64,000 nt of DNA from assembly GCA_964036045.1 (NCBI GenBank), contig OZ038378.1:3410001-3474000 (forward strand), read 5' to 3'. Origin of the DNA: Eutreptiella sp. 'Long Island Sound 2002'. Lineage: Eukaryota; Protista; Euglenida. How positions within the stretch are numbered: position 1 is the stretch's first letter; the number at the start of each line of letters is the position of its first letter. Both the position numbers and the translations under genes were made by a program. This document shows positions 45,901 to 57,950 of the stretch, piece after piece. The notes below the pieces were generated by a model. It was not told where the DNA came from. It was given only the letters and a program-made list of their open reading frames with translations, and searched no databases.

Positions 45901-48780
45901 TGCGCGCGCAGTGCAAAGACTCCCCCCAAGACCGTAGAGGTTGCATAGTCAATTTTCTTTGTCCCTACTTTGCGGACACCCAAGACAACGAGGGTTAACT
46001 GGCCTTTTTGCCCAGCTATGGGCCACTAAGACAATAGGGGTTGTCGAGCCACTCTGATTTCTTGCACTCTTTCTGGATCCTCAAAACAGCAAGACATGTT
46101 GCCCACTTGTAGGTTCCGAAGACAGCCGTGACCTTGACCTACCGTGGGCCCCAAAGATAGCAAGGGTTTGGTAGCCACTTAGTTCGCGTCCCCGCTTTGG
46201 GGACCCCCAAGACGACAGATGTTACATAGCCACTTAGAGTTTGCCCCTACCTCGGGGATCTACTTTACGGCAAGGGTTATGTTGCTGTTGTGTCAAAATG
46301 TTGGCCCCGGAGACGGCAAAAGTTATGGAGTCATTTCATCCCCACTTTGGGGACCCCCGAGATGGCAGGGGTTATGTAGCCAGTTTGCCCGCGTGTGGGC
46401 CCCAGAGATAGCAGGGTTTATGCAACCAATTTGATTTCATCCCCGCTTTGGGGATCCCCAAGACGGCAGGGGTGATGTAGCCAATTTGCCCACATGTGGG
46501 CCCTCAAGTCAACAAGGGCTGTGTAGGCACTTTGGTTGGTATGTGGCCGCTTTGGGGACTCCACAAATGGCAAATGGTGTTGTGGCTCATTGGCCCACAC
46601 CTAGGTGTCCAAAGCGGCAGCGGCTACAGAGTCAGTTTATTACGTTCCTCTCTGCGGGGATCCCGAAGACGGCATTGTTCGCGTGCATACCCGTTTCGCC
46701 CACAATTGTCCCACAAAGACGGCAATCATTATGTAGCCACATTACTTTCATGCCCTCTTTGGGCACCCACAAGACGCCAAGATGTTTCTGTGCCCCCAAG
46801 ATAGAATGTGTTATGCAACCAATTTGGAGACCCATAACACGGTGGGAGTTATTTAGCCAGGTTTGGCCACATGTAGGGATGTAGGCATTCATAGTTTGTG
46901 GACTACATGGTCAGTTTCATTTTGTCCCTGCTTTTTGGACCTCCCACACGCCAGGGGTTACGTAGCCGTTCATGTGGGCCCTCAAGATGGCAAGAGTTAT
47001 GTGGCCACTTGGATATCTTCCCCGCTTTGGGACACACAAGACGGCAAGCGTCATGAAGTGTTCTTACCACAATTGCGCCCCCACGACCCACACCTTGGCG
47101 TCCAAGACGGCAAGGGTTACGTAGCCATGTTGTGTACCCATGGGCCGCTAGGTCAACAGGGGTTTTGCAGCCTGCTGGATTACGTGGCCTCCAAGGGGAC
47201 CCTCAAAACCGGCAAGAGGTGTGCAAACACACGACCACATATAGGCCCTGGCGACACCTTTAATTTCGTTGGTGCTTTGAGGATCCCCAAGATGAAAGGG
47301 TTTATGTAGCCACTTTAATTTCTTACCTACTTTCGGGACCTCCAAAACGGCAATGGTTTTGTACTCCACGTGTAGCCCGCTACGACAACAAGGTTGGTGT
47401 AGACATTATGACTTTGTGCCTTGTTTGGGGAGCAACAAGAGGTATGCAGCCCTTTGGCCACATGTAGGCCCGGAAAGCTACTTTGATTTTATTTTTCCGG
47501 CATTGGAACTCCCAAGACGGCAAGGGCGATGTTCGAATGATGCCCACATGTGGGCCCCCGAGATAGCAAGCGTCTTGTAGCTACTCTTATTTCATCCCTT
47601 CTTTGGGATCCCCGAGACGGTAGGGGTTATGTAGCCATTATGCCCACATGTGGGCCCCCAAGACGGCAAGGGTTTTGTAGCTACTTTCATTTTGTGTTGT
47701 CTTTGGACAGCCGCAACAAGGTACGAGGTATGTAGTCATTTTTGCCAGAGTTAGGCATTTAGGAGATCGTAGAATTTGCCCCCTCGTTGCAGACGAGCAA
47801 GACGGGCAAGATTGCATGGGTTATGCAGCCAATTCGATTTCGTGCCGGCTTTGGGGACCCTGAAGACAGCAGGCGTTGTGCAGCCATTTTCGCCACATTT
47901 GGGCCTACAAAACGGCATTGGTCATGTGGCTAACTGGCTTCTGTCCTCCTCCAACGGCAAGAAGAATTTAGCATGCCCACTTGGCCACTTGTAGGTGCCA
48001 AACACCACTTTGATTCTGTTCCCGCCTTGGGGACCCCCAAGATAGCCGGAGTAAGGTGGCCGTTTTGCCCACATATGGGCCTCCAAGACAGCGGGGTTAC
48101 GTGACAACTCAGATTTGGTCCGTGCCTTGGGTGCCTCTGAGATGGCATGGGTTATGTACCCATTTTTCCCACGTGTAGGCTTCCAAACGGCAGGGTTGTA
48201 TGGCGACAGTATTTTGTCCCTACTTTAGTGACCCCGAAGACGGCATGGGTGATGTAGCCATTTTGCCCACATGTGGGCCCCCAAGAGGGCAACGGTTTGG
48301 TAGCTCGTTTTATTTTCTGTTGTCTTTGGACAACCACACCACAAGCACGAGGTATGCGGCAATATTTGCCGCGGTTAATCACCCAAGAAAGCTTTGCTTT
48401 TGTCTCTGCGCTGGGGACCAACAAAACGGCGAAGATGGCATGGGTCATTTAGCCAGTTTGATGTTGTGCCCGCTTTGGGGACCTGCAAGATAGCATGCGT
48501 TAGGCAGCCATTTTCCCCACATGTGGGCCCCTCAAGACGGCATTGGTCATGAAGCTAATTTGCTTTGGTGCCCTATATGGGACCCTCAAAGCGGCAAGAG
48601 AAATGCAGCTTGGCCACCTGGCCACATGTTGGCCCCGGAGACATCTTTGATTTTGTCCCAGCCCTGGGAACCCCCGAGACACAGCCATTTTGCCCACATG
48701 TGAGCCCCCACCGCAGCCCGGATTATGTGGCCACTTTGATTTTGTCTCCACACGAGCAGAATTTTTTTTTGTTGTGTTAC
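40000..48780 (+). repeat. Degenerate dimeric satellite (~100-bp unit) with kb-scale higher-order duplication
   Basis: Recurrent core CCCCAAGACGGCAAGGGTTATGTAGCC alternates with linker A (ACTTTGATTTTGTCCCCGCTTTGGGG) and linker B (GTTTTGCCCACATGTGGG). Blocks ~40480-43400 recur at ~44250-48440. Confidence 0.9.
45183..45926 (+). mobile_element. PIF/Harbinger-like element (744 bp) carrying a transposase N-terminal fragment
   Basis: CAA|GGGGG ... CCCCC|CAA. ORF 45404-45835 (LLPREHLFRFFFFLKHTP...LNGVVAEIRWAER) resembles the HTH region preceding DDE_Tnp_4 cores. The paralogous empty site is visible at ~41480. Confidence 0.85.
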
Positions 48781-49911
48781 CGCCACAATATGAACGTCCT
48801 TGTTAGGGTGTGCGTGGCAAGTGTCATCAACGTGATATAGTCTCGAGGAACACCAATGCGGGCAGCCCAAAAGATAGACAAGTAGGCAATCCAAAATCGG
48901 CGTGGTGGTAGGTTTGCAGATGGAAAATGAAACGATGCTGCCAAATGGCAAGCACACCGCCATTGATTGGGATACATAGTCATCTCGGTATGGAACAAGG
49001 CTTGTGCACAGGATAGGTACCCGCCTATCCAAAACGCCACCTACAGATATTGGAGGCAGTCTTTGACCTCTAACTTCGTCAATAAGTATTCCTGCTCGGC
49101 AGGTAGCCCGCTAAATCTTAACCTTTCAGGACGTAGCAAATGATTGGGTTCGATTTATTGATTGGTCTGGAGGGCCTACCATCATGTTTATGCATGTTGG
49201 ATACCCCATCCACCTTGGGCATACCAATGGAATCAAAGAAGCTGAAATCAATAGCCTCCAAGACATCATCCGTCGGTGTGGCAAGGCCTTACTCTTTTTT
49301 TTTGCTGGTGGGAGGTTGCCTTACCCGTGGTTGGAGCACAGAACATCTTGGACACGGCAAGGAGGTTGTGTTGTGCTTAAAGGTATCATCGCTGAAAGTA
49401 CCGACGTCCTATACAATGTCCACATTTACCATGCCTGAGAACCGCCTCTTCCCTCCACGGCCCAACGGTACGGCCTTGACTGGCGTCCTTGGTGCTATCG
49501 TCCAAAAGCCTGCAAAGAATTAACAAAAGCCGGTAAGAAATATCTCGAACCATCCAACGACATTCAGAAAATGACAGCATGGATCCAGAAACCCTTTGCA
49601 GAGTTTTTGCAAGTTGTTACCGTTTTTTTACAAGGTTTTTCAGTTTTTTTTGCGGGTTTTTTCGGTTTTTGAAAATTTTTTTACAATTTTCTACAAGGCT
49701 ATGGAAATGGCCTGTGATTTGGCTGCCGGCTGCTCAGGAGGCCTGTGTGTATTTGTTCAGCTGCAGCCACTAGAAAGAATTGCAGTGGTCAAAGCCCGCA
49801 GGTTTTGATCTTCCACAGCCTTGAACAGTCCACGTCTTCCTTCAGGCCCTTCGATGTTGCACAAGGCAACTCAGACTTCGGGTGGCATCAGGGTTTTGCT
49901 TAGTGTCCGTC

Positions 49912-51498
49912 CTACCCTACCCCGGGGGGGGGGGGGGGTCTGGCCGAATTTCAGGGTGGGTGGGTGTGCAAGCACCCCCCCCCCCCCAGGGTGGGGTGGG
50001 ACTTTGTGGGGGCCCTTGGGTCTATCGAGCCAGTGCCACTTCGGTCTCCCGGTCGGTCTCCGCGCTTCTAGTTGCCGAACGCACTACCCAAAGAGATGGT
50101 TTTCCAATTGTCCGCTTCGTCCGGCACACAGCGGTTCAACCCATGGTTGTTCCATTCCCGGCGGTTCCTCCTAACGACCCTCGGTGTCGTGGCGAAGCTC
50201 ATTTTCCTCATCCGTTCGTGTCCGAGGTTATGATCCCGCATTGCAGCTCTCAAAACTTTCATGGCGCCGTCCAATTTGCATCTATGGGTTGTCTTCACCT
50301 TGTTGAACCTTGTTCTCGGTCAATTTGTTCTCGCTTGCATCGGCAACATCATTCTTTTTGAGCCAAATTACTCTCGTTGTGTGTTGCCCCTCGACCACAA
50401 AGTAGGTGCCATCTTCTAGCGGTCTCAACGAATTCCCTTTGTCCGTGCTCTGGGTTCCGTCCACACGGCACGGTTTACGCAGCTTTTTTGCCCACAGGTG
50501 TGCCCCCAAGACGGCACGGGTTTTGTAGCTGCTTTCACTTCGTGGTGTCTTCGGACACTAAAGAGGGCAAGAGGTTAGCCCTCAAGAGGCTCTGGTATGT
50601 AGAGGAAATACCACGCAAGCATCATCATCATCATCCAACATTAGTTATCGCCTTTCCCAGCTTGCTTGCATGTCGGCCGCCAGCTTCATGTCCTCTCTCT
50701 TGATCTACCCTACCCCGGGGGGGGGGGGGGTCTGGCCGAATTTCAGGGTGGGTGGGTGTGCAAGCACCCCCCCCCCCCCCCAGGGTGGGGTGGGACTTTG
50801 TGGGGGCCCTTGGGTCTATCGAGCCAGTGCCACTTCGGTCTCCCGGTCGGTCTCCGCGCTTCTAGTTGCCGAACGCACTACCCAAAGAGATGGTTTTCCA
50901 ATTGTCCGCTTCGTCCGGCACACAGCGGTTCAACCCATGGTTGTTCCATTCCCGGCGGTTCCTCCTAACGACCCTCGGTGTCGTGGCGAAGCTCATTTTC
51001 CTCATCCGTTCGTGTCCGAGGTTATGATCCCGCATTGCAGCTCTCAAAACTTTCATGGCGCCGTCCAATTTGCATCTATGGGTTGTCTTCACCTTGTTGA
51101 ACCTTGTTCTCGGTCAATTTGTTCTCGCTTGCATCGGCAACATCATTCTTTTTGAGCCAAATTACTCTCGTTGTGTGTTGCCCCTCGACCACAAAGTAGG
51201 TGCCATCTTCTAGCGGTCTCAACGAATTCCCTTTGTCCGTGCTCTGGGTTCCGTCCACACGGCACGGTTTACGCAGCTTTTTTGCCCACAGGTGTGCCCC
51301 CAAGACGGCACGGGTTTTGTAGCTGCTTTCACTTCGTGGTGTCTTCGGACACTAAAGAGGGCAAGAGGTTAGCCCTCAAGAGGCTCTGGTATGTAGAGGA
51401 AATACCACGCAAGCATCATCATCATCATCCAACATTAGTTATCGCCTTTCCCAGCTTGCTTGCATGTCAGCCGCCAGCTTCATGTCCTCTCTCTTGAT
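49912..51498 (+). repeat. Near-perfect ~794-bp tandem duplication
   Basis: Copies 49912-50704 and 50705-51498. Duplicated ORFs are offset by 794. I saw only homopolymer-length differences and one substitution. Confidence 0.95.
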
Positions 51499-52001
51499 GG
51501 TAGCACGTCCAGCATGGCTGGCGAGCGTGTTTGCATCTGCAATGACCATACATCACAGGATGTGGCATGGAAGAGGACCATCGGGTATGAGAATATACGC
51601 GTATAAGCACACCTTGGCTTCCCTCGAGTGCATGTGTGGCATCGGACAGAAGTGTTGCACACAATAAGGCTGGGGAACAAGGGGAACAAAACTCACAACA
51701 CTGCGGGGGATACTAGATAGACAACAATCGCCTTCATTCGCTATAGTGTTGCTCCCTAATAGGCAATTGAAGGCCCTACGCGCTGAACAAAACATCCTTA
51801 GGCGGGCGTGATTGTCTCGCAAGGAACGAAAATTGTTACAAGAGGAGCATTTACCCTAAGTGGTTTGAAACGAATCATGAGCTGAGAGATGTCACTCAAT
51901 GACGGCAACACCACCCCTTTGGATGTAAGTGTCCACACCCCGACAATATTCGCAGCATCATGCCACTCCAGAGGTGATAATTGACAAAAATATCACCTTG
52001 G

Positions 52002-52331
52002 TTAAGATACAAAGACACAATACGATGTGCAGTAGAGATATGTGAGGCGAACCATACCCTGGAAGAGGGAAACCGTGTGCGCCTTAGAGGCCTCTTGGAT
52101 GGCTTGCATGGCTCGCTCTGAGAAACGTGCTGCATCTGCCTTCAATTCCATGGCCAACTCTTTCACAAGGCTGCAAAAAGTGCTCCTTGGTATAAGACAG
52201 TTTTCTACCAATTGGCTTGCTTGCAGCTTTTGAATCTCCCGCAAAGCTGTCTCACGCCATGTTCTTCTTGTCCTCTTCTTCTTACTCGGACGCATCGACT
52301 TTCTTGCAGCCTTGCTTCTCAAATATTTGGG
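52002..52331 (-). CDS. Divergent histone H3-like (possibly CenH3-like) histone-fold sequence; may be a pseudogene
   Basis: LRSKAARKS...ETALREIQKLQAS...LIPRSTFCSLVKELAMELKADAARFSERAMQAIQEASKAHTVSLFQG aligns to H3 (LATKAARKS...ALREIRRYQKS...LIRKLPFQRLVREI...RFQSSAVMALQEA...LVGLFE). Possible donor CAG G|gtatgg at 52058/52057. A frameshifted TIT-PKDV-ARR-like tail lies at ~51770-51825. Confidence 0.7.
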   Translation of the reverse strand, partial: PKYLRSKAARKSMRPSKKKRTRRTWRETALREIQKLQASQLVENCLIPRSTFCSLVKELAMELKADAARFSERAMQAIQEASKAHTVSLFQGMVRLTYLYCTSYCVFVS

Positions 52332-52766
52332 CTAGCAAAACGCTACAAACGGCACAGTAAGGATTGCACTCACTCGTTGAGACCAAGATAGCCCCCTGAC
52401 AACATGTGGCCATGTGCGCCGCAAAATATGCGCCTGAGGTACAGATACTACCAGGGTGAGACGTATGCCTGTACGGAGCCAAAAGAGGAGTCAAGTGGCC
52501 AGTGTAGCAAATGGATTGGCTTCGGGGCACCCAAGAGGACCACTGAGGGGTTATCCCCCCCCCCTTTTAAGTTGAATAGGAGGAATCACGGATTATAAGG
52601 GGGAGGGTTGCAACTTGCAACTCCATCCTATTTTGTTGGATTGGGTAACACAATAATTATGAGGCAGGGCGGGACTTGCCCACCCCCCCCCCTTTTTTCC
52701 GTTGGAATGGGAAACTAAATACTTCCGAGGGGGCAATGGGAACTTGCCAACCCCCTCCTTGTTCTG

Positions 52767-53380
52767 TTGCATGGGGCACCCGGGACATCAGCACATGTTT
52801 TGATTTGGGATGGGTATGGACCTTCTCGTACCCAAGGTGATTTCTTTCATTTCGAACTTGGGGGCCATGATGGTGCTTATAAAGGCCGAATTCATGTCAT
52901 TATGCCATTCATTGGAAGAAAGAATGGCACTTTGACAGCCCGCCAACAATGTTATAATGACGTGCACGGGTGGTATAGGGCACGCATTGAGCAGGTGTTT
53001 GCTCGGTTGTGGCACGCAAGATGAGGCAGAGGATGAGGCAGATGTGTGTGTGTTGTGTTGCCAGAAGCGCTCCGCCGTCGCAGTTTGTGATGAGTGTAAG
53101 GAGCACTATTGTACGGAATGTATTGACACCCACACTTGTGGGACCAATGTTGTTTGTTAAGTACAATGCAGAAGACAGATGGAGTTGCAGAATTCACAGG
53201 TATTGCTTTATTTTGCAGCGTGCTTTGCAGGGAAGGTGCGCAGTCCATCATGGTCTATTTGGGGGGCCTTCTCCATCAGAGGGTAAATCTCGGGCTGAAG
53301 TCGGGATAGTTAATAGAAAGGTAGCGCGCCGGGCGCGCGCCGAGTGCACGCCGGGCGCGCGCCGGGCAAACATTCCCCCC
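52767..53380 (+). mobile_element. 3' part of a PIF/Harbinger/ISL2EU-like (DDE_Tnp_4) element with a zinc-finger fragment and right end
   Basis: HDGAYKGRIHVIMP...LTARQQCYNDVHGWYRARIEQVFARLW gives the D and E motifs of DDE_Tnp_4. It is followed in another frame by CVLCC...CDECKEHYCTECIDTH, then the GC-rich right end ...GGGCAAACATTCCCCC. Confidence 0.75.
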
Positions 53381-54856
53381 ATAGCATTCATGACGCCAAG
53401 TAATCAGCAGACAAGAGTGATGCCGTGTGCTACCACGTCAAAGGAATGAGCATGTGTGCTACCACAGCCTTCAACGACTCTCCTCTTTTCGTGTATGCAG
53501 AACCAAATTCCGTGGGATGTTTGACATGTAACCCAAACCAACTTGAGAGGCATTCGGTAGCCACATGGCAAACTCAATGGAATATTTAGTACTCGTTTGA
53601 AAGTGTTGCAGTACAGCAGAACATACATGAGATATGATTGGATGCCTATGGCGCAGGGGCGTTCGGTAGCTAAGTTTCCGTTGCTTGCGTGCCATCCATC
53701 GTTGCAAGCGGCGGACCATGGTCCCTTACTCCCCACCCCCCCTCCAGAAGAGCCCCATTCCACGCCACGAGCTCGGGACATAGGCGGTCCGTTCGGCAAA
53801 CAGCCGCAGGGGCATCAGGTCGTCGTGTATTCGGTGGCACCCGCAAATGTCTTGTGCCCACGAGCAGGACCATGGCACTGAGGCAAGCGGTCCGTCCTTC
53901 GCGCGGTGGGGGACCCTGCCTTCCCCTCTTGCGTCAACATAGGTACATGTTTCAGCAGATGGCAAACTCGACAACCCTAGGAGATGATACGGTGCGAGGG
54001 CCCATGTGAAAGCCTGGGGTCCCTTTGGACCAAGGGGCAAATCCATATAATATTGCCCAACATATCAACGGCAACAATCCACCGGTGGGGCACGGGTCAC
54101 AAAAGATGCCCGGCGCGCGCTGTTGGCGCACCCAACGCACTAACGTTCCCCCATGGGGCTGCCACACACTACTTGGTGCGCTTCCTCCTTGTATCACTGA
54201 TGTCCGTGTTGTGGTCCGACACACCCTCTGATTGTGAATCTGGTAGGCACATTCCCGATGCTCTTGTTGCTGCCCCCCCCCCACCCCCAATTGTTGTCGA
54301 TTTTTGTATCCGTATCCGTGTCCATTTCGCTGAGGCGACTTTGACATAGAGGTTAATGCGCTATATGGCTCTCTTTTGCAGGGATACCATGCGGGCGCAA
54401 CATGAGTGATGTGTTGCCACGACAAAGAGCCATGGGTCGTGTGTTGTATTGACTAAAGGGTGGGCGTGTGTGTTGTCACAGCCTTGCCAATTCTTCCACT
54501 AGCAATGATGGGGCACGAACAGTTGGATCGCTAGAGCCTCATAACGCGGGCTCAGCGGTCGCGTAAGGATATTGAAGCGCTAGAGGGACATGACACAGAT
54601 CATCATGGAGGTGGCAGCGTGGTGTGACCATCAAGTGGTGTGGTGCAACTGTGGAGTGCACAAAACATACTTTCGGCGCTCGGGGCACCAAACCAGGCCG
54701 CCATAGTGCCTTGTGCACCAACCCCCTTTGCGCGCTTGGCTGCTGCATTGATTAACCTGACACAGCTTTCTGGGCTTTCTGGGCTTCGCTTTCTGGGCTA
54801 GTTCTTTGCCTGAACAAAACCATCAGAAACCACCTGATCTACAGCACACTCCACTT

Positions 54857-55030
54857 CTCTTCGAGGTGCACTGCCGAAGGCAATAGAATCACGTCGCAGA
54901 GGTTGTTAGATCAAAGCCAGGCAGGCGGGCGTATATAGGGGAAAACGCCACATACCCCCCCATTTTGGGCCTTTTTGGGCCTATTCGCGTACCCTACCCC
55001 AAGGGGTTGAATTGTTAGTTTAACCCCTTG
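54857..55030 (+). mobile_element. Head-to-tail junction of two Helentron-like copies
   Basis: CTCTTCGAGGTG-CACTGCCGAAGGCAATAGAAT is joined directly to CACGTCGCAGAGGTTGTTAGATC (a degenerate 5' end) at 54889/54890. Confidence 0.7.
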
Positions 55031-57292
55031 TGATTGGCCTTCACGGTGGTGAACCGATGGGGCGAACCGGAAGTGTCGCATAAACAGGAGATATTAATTC
55101 TCCTTGCTGGTACACCTGTCGTGGAGGATCAAGGTGGAGATACAAGAAAATGCTCCCAAAAGCCAACACGGCGCACCCATAAGAGTGGGAGGTGATGGTC
55201 CAGGTGTATTTGCGTGCGGGGGCTCCGGGTATGATAATGGGAGCCATATGGGACGGGCAAGCGCATGTCCTGTGCATCATGGGAACACTGCAAGTGTTAC
55301 CCCATGTGAAGCGAATGTTCTTTCGTGACAATGGGGGTATGGGTGACGTAGTATGGGTGGTGTATGGATACGCGCTGACTGCACCCCATCAAGAGCTCGT
55401 CAAGTCCCGGGAGGGGCAGGGGGGTGTGAACATCAAGTGACAGTAGGGGTAACGACATGTAGCATCGTCCGTACTAGAGTGGTATTCCTCAAGGCAGGTC
55501 GCCTTGCGATAGTCGCTGCCCATGTCATCCTTGGTCCCATCCATCATAAAGTTTTGCAGGACGTTGTGAATGTTCTTGTTGGTTGGCTTGCATGCCTACC
55601 TTAGTGTTGTTGACCCGCAAGTTGTTGAAGAACTTTGTGTAACAGGGTTGGACCTTCACAGTTTTTGTGGATGCTTTTCGCGACGTGGACTATCTACTTA
55701 GGTACGCTAGGGCTGAATTTTCCATTAATTTTTGGTTATTCTACCTCCCCATGATGGTACTTCCCACAAAACTTGTGCAAGCATGACGTACAATACCGCA
55801 AGGCACCAACACGATAGTCAATCCAATCTGAAGCTGCACTGAATGTCCATCAAGGAATTAGGATCCGTCAGTGAAATCGTCACGAAAAGTTCTTGGATCC
55901 TTGCATGGGTCGACGTAACACAAACTGAGTCTATTGGACAAAGAAATGGGAACAATGTGTCAATCATACACCAAAATTGCATTATGAAATACGAATGCAT
56001 GGACGACCTCGATGCCACCAGAAATTCCAGCGCCCCTTGGTCGTCGCCATTTGGATTTGTGGTGGGGGGAAGTCGAATCACTTCATTTGATTGAATTTTG
56101 ATCGAAAAACTGAGAGAAACAATGTTTTTTGGTCAAAAAGCACCAAAAATGTGTGTCTCCCCCCGACGCGTTGTGTCGCCGGCTCGACGCGTTTTGCGCC
56201 CCATCCATATTGTATATGGAGAGCCCCACTATTCTACTACCTTTGGGGCATAAAACCCTTTGAGCGAAGCAATCACAAACATTCAGGGAAAATGAATTGC
56301 CCAACGCATTTTGGGGAAGATTGACCGCCGCAAAACGCCGCAAAAACGGCACCGCATGTGTTTCATACGCTAAAAAATACTATCCCAATGATTAAAACTG
56401 ATTAAATTCTTTAAATGAAAGTCCACATGAACTGAGCAATGCTCCACAACGTCGATTTGTCTGTCGCCCGCATTTTAGACCAAATTTCGGTGAGAAAAAG
56501 TCGTGAAAATCACTGAAACCTATGCCAAAAGAATAGGAAATGAACATGCAAATTGTCTTAATCGACTTTGGCGGCGATTGTAGACACACTCTATGGGCCA
56601 TCAACGGCGACTAGTGGGCCACTAGAGGAGGCCCGAAGGCGGTCGGGGAAGCCCCGGGCCGGCTTCCGACCGGCCCTATAAGTGGTTCAAGTCAGGCCGG
56701 CCGACGACGCCGCCACCCACCCTGGGCGCCCCCCGGGGTCAGCGGTGCAGCCTATGAGGGGCAGACGCACCACTGCCTCACCAAGTGTGCCTCGAGTGCG
56801 CACGTCGACCGTCCAAGGTGAGACCCACCAGTTCCCAGAAAGCCGGGGCCTGTCAGCGGGACTGGTGTTTCTGAGCGTCCGCTTGGCTGCCCGTGATGGA
56901 CCTTGCTTGGTCCAGGCGCCTCTCTTCTTCGCGCCGTGCATGGTTCTCTCGGCCCCCCCTCACCTGGGGCCCGGAGTGCGTGTGTGTGCGACGGCTGGAC
57001 GTTCTGCCGATGGACGCCCGCTGGAGGGCCAGCGGACGATGGCTCTAGCGCTCCATGACATGACATGACTATAAGTGGTGCCCACACTGGGGCCTTTAGT
57101 GCCAACTTGGAACCAGCTAACCCGGCGGCGTCTCATACCCCCCCTGGACCAAAAAGAAATAAAGCACATGCTGCATTGGCGCGGTGCATGTCACTTTTAT
57201 TTTTCATGCTCTTTTATTTTTTTTTTGACATCAAATGTGTGGGTAACACTTACTGTGTTACCGGTTAGACTCTAGGTAGCATTTGCTACACG

Positions 57293-57293
<1 letters not shown>

Positions 57294-57354
<61 letters not shown>

Positions 57355-57915
57355 GCACACACATACAATTTGAGCATGATTCAATGCATTCCCTTGGCAC
57401 ACAAAGACACACACACACACACACACACAGAACAACAGAACAAAAGAACTCATGTTTTGGTCGCATCATTGTTGAACTTCGCAGCTTGAGCATGATTTGA
57501 AAGAATTGGGCGTCACACACACACACACACACACAGACGTGATGTGGTCGTTGAATATCTAGGTATCATCTAGGTTTTTCCACGACTGGCGCCGAGGATA
57601 TGCTTTTTTTTACAGGCAGAGGCAGGCACCAACACGCATACAACATAGCAGCGCCACGTCGGTCACTCCATCGCCGAGCACTTGAGCAGGCTCGCCCCCA
57701 GTGGCCCCTGCGAAGGGACCTGAGCATGCGTATCCGGGCAGCAAGCACGGTGCGGTACGGAGGCACACTCTGTACATAGCCTTGTTGTCATGCAAAAAGG
57801 AAGGAAAGGCCGCACGGAGCGGAGACCAAACATTGCTGCAGTGCGAAGAATGCTGTAGAGTGGGGATGTATGTTCGCGCACGCTATGGAGTTTGTTGAAA
57901 AGATTGGACAGCGCG

Positions 57916-57948
<33 letters not shown>

Positions 57949-57950
57949 TC
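57294..57950. repeat. Cluster of (CA)n microsatellites
   Basis: Runs at ~57294-57350, ~57410-57430, ~57513-57535 and ~57924-57946. Confidence 0.95.

Noticed and set aside
40000-48780. CRISPR-like repeat-spacer array
   Set aside because: The 'spacers' are two recurring related linkers, the core is degenerate, there are no cas genes and the context is eukaryotic.
48850-49520. Decayed protein-like frames after the satellite
   Set aside because: No diagnostic motif could be matched with confidence.
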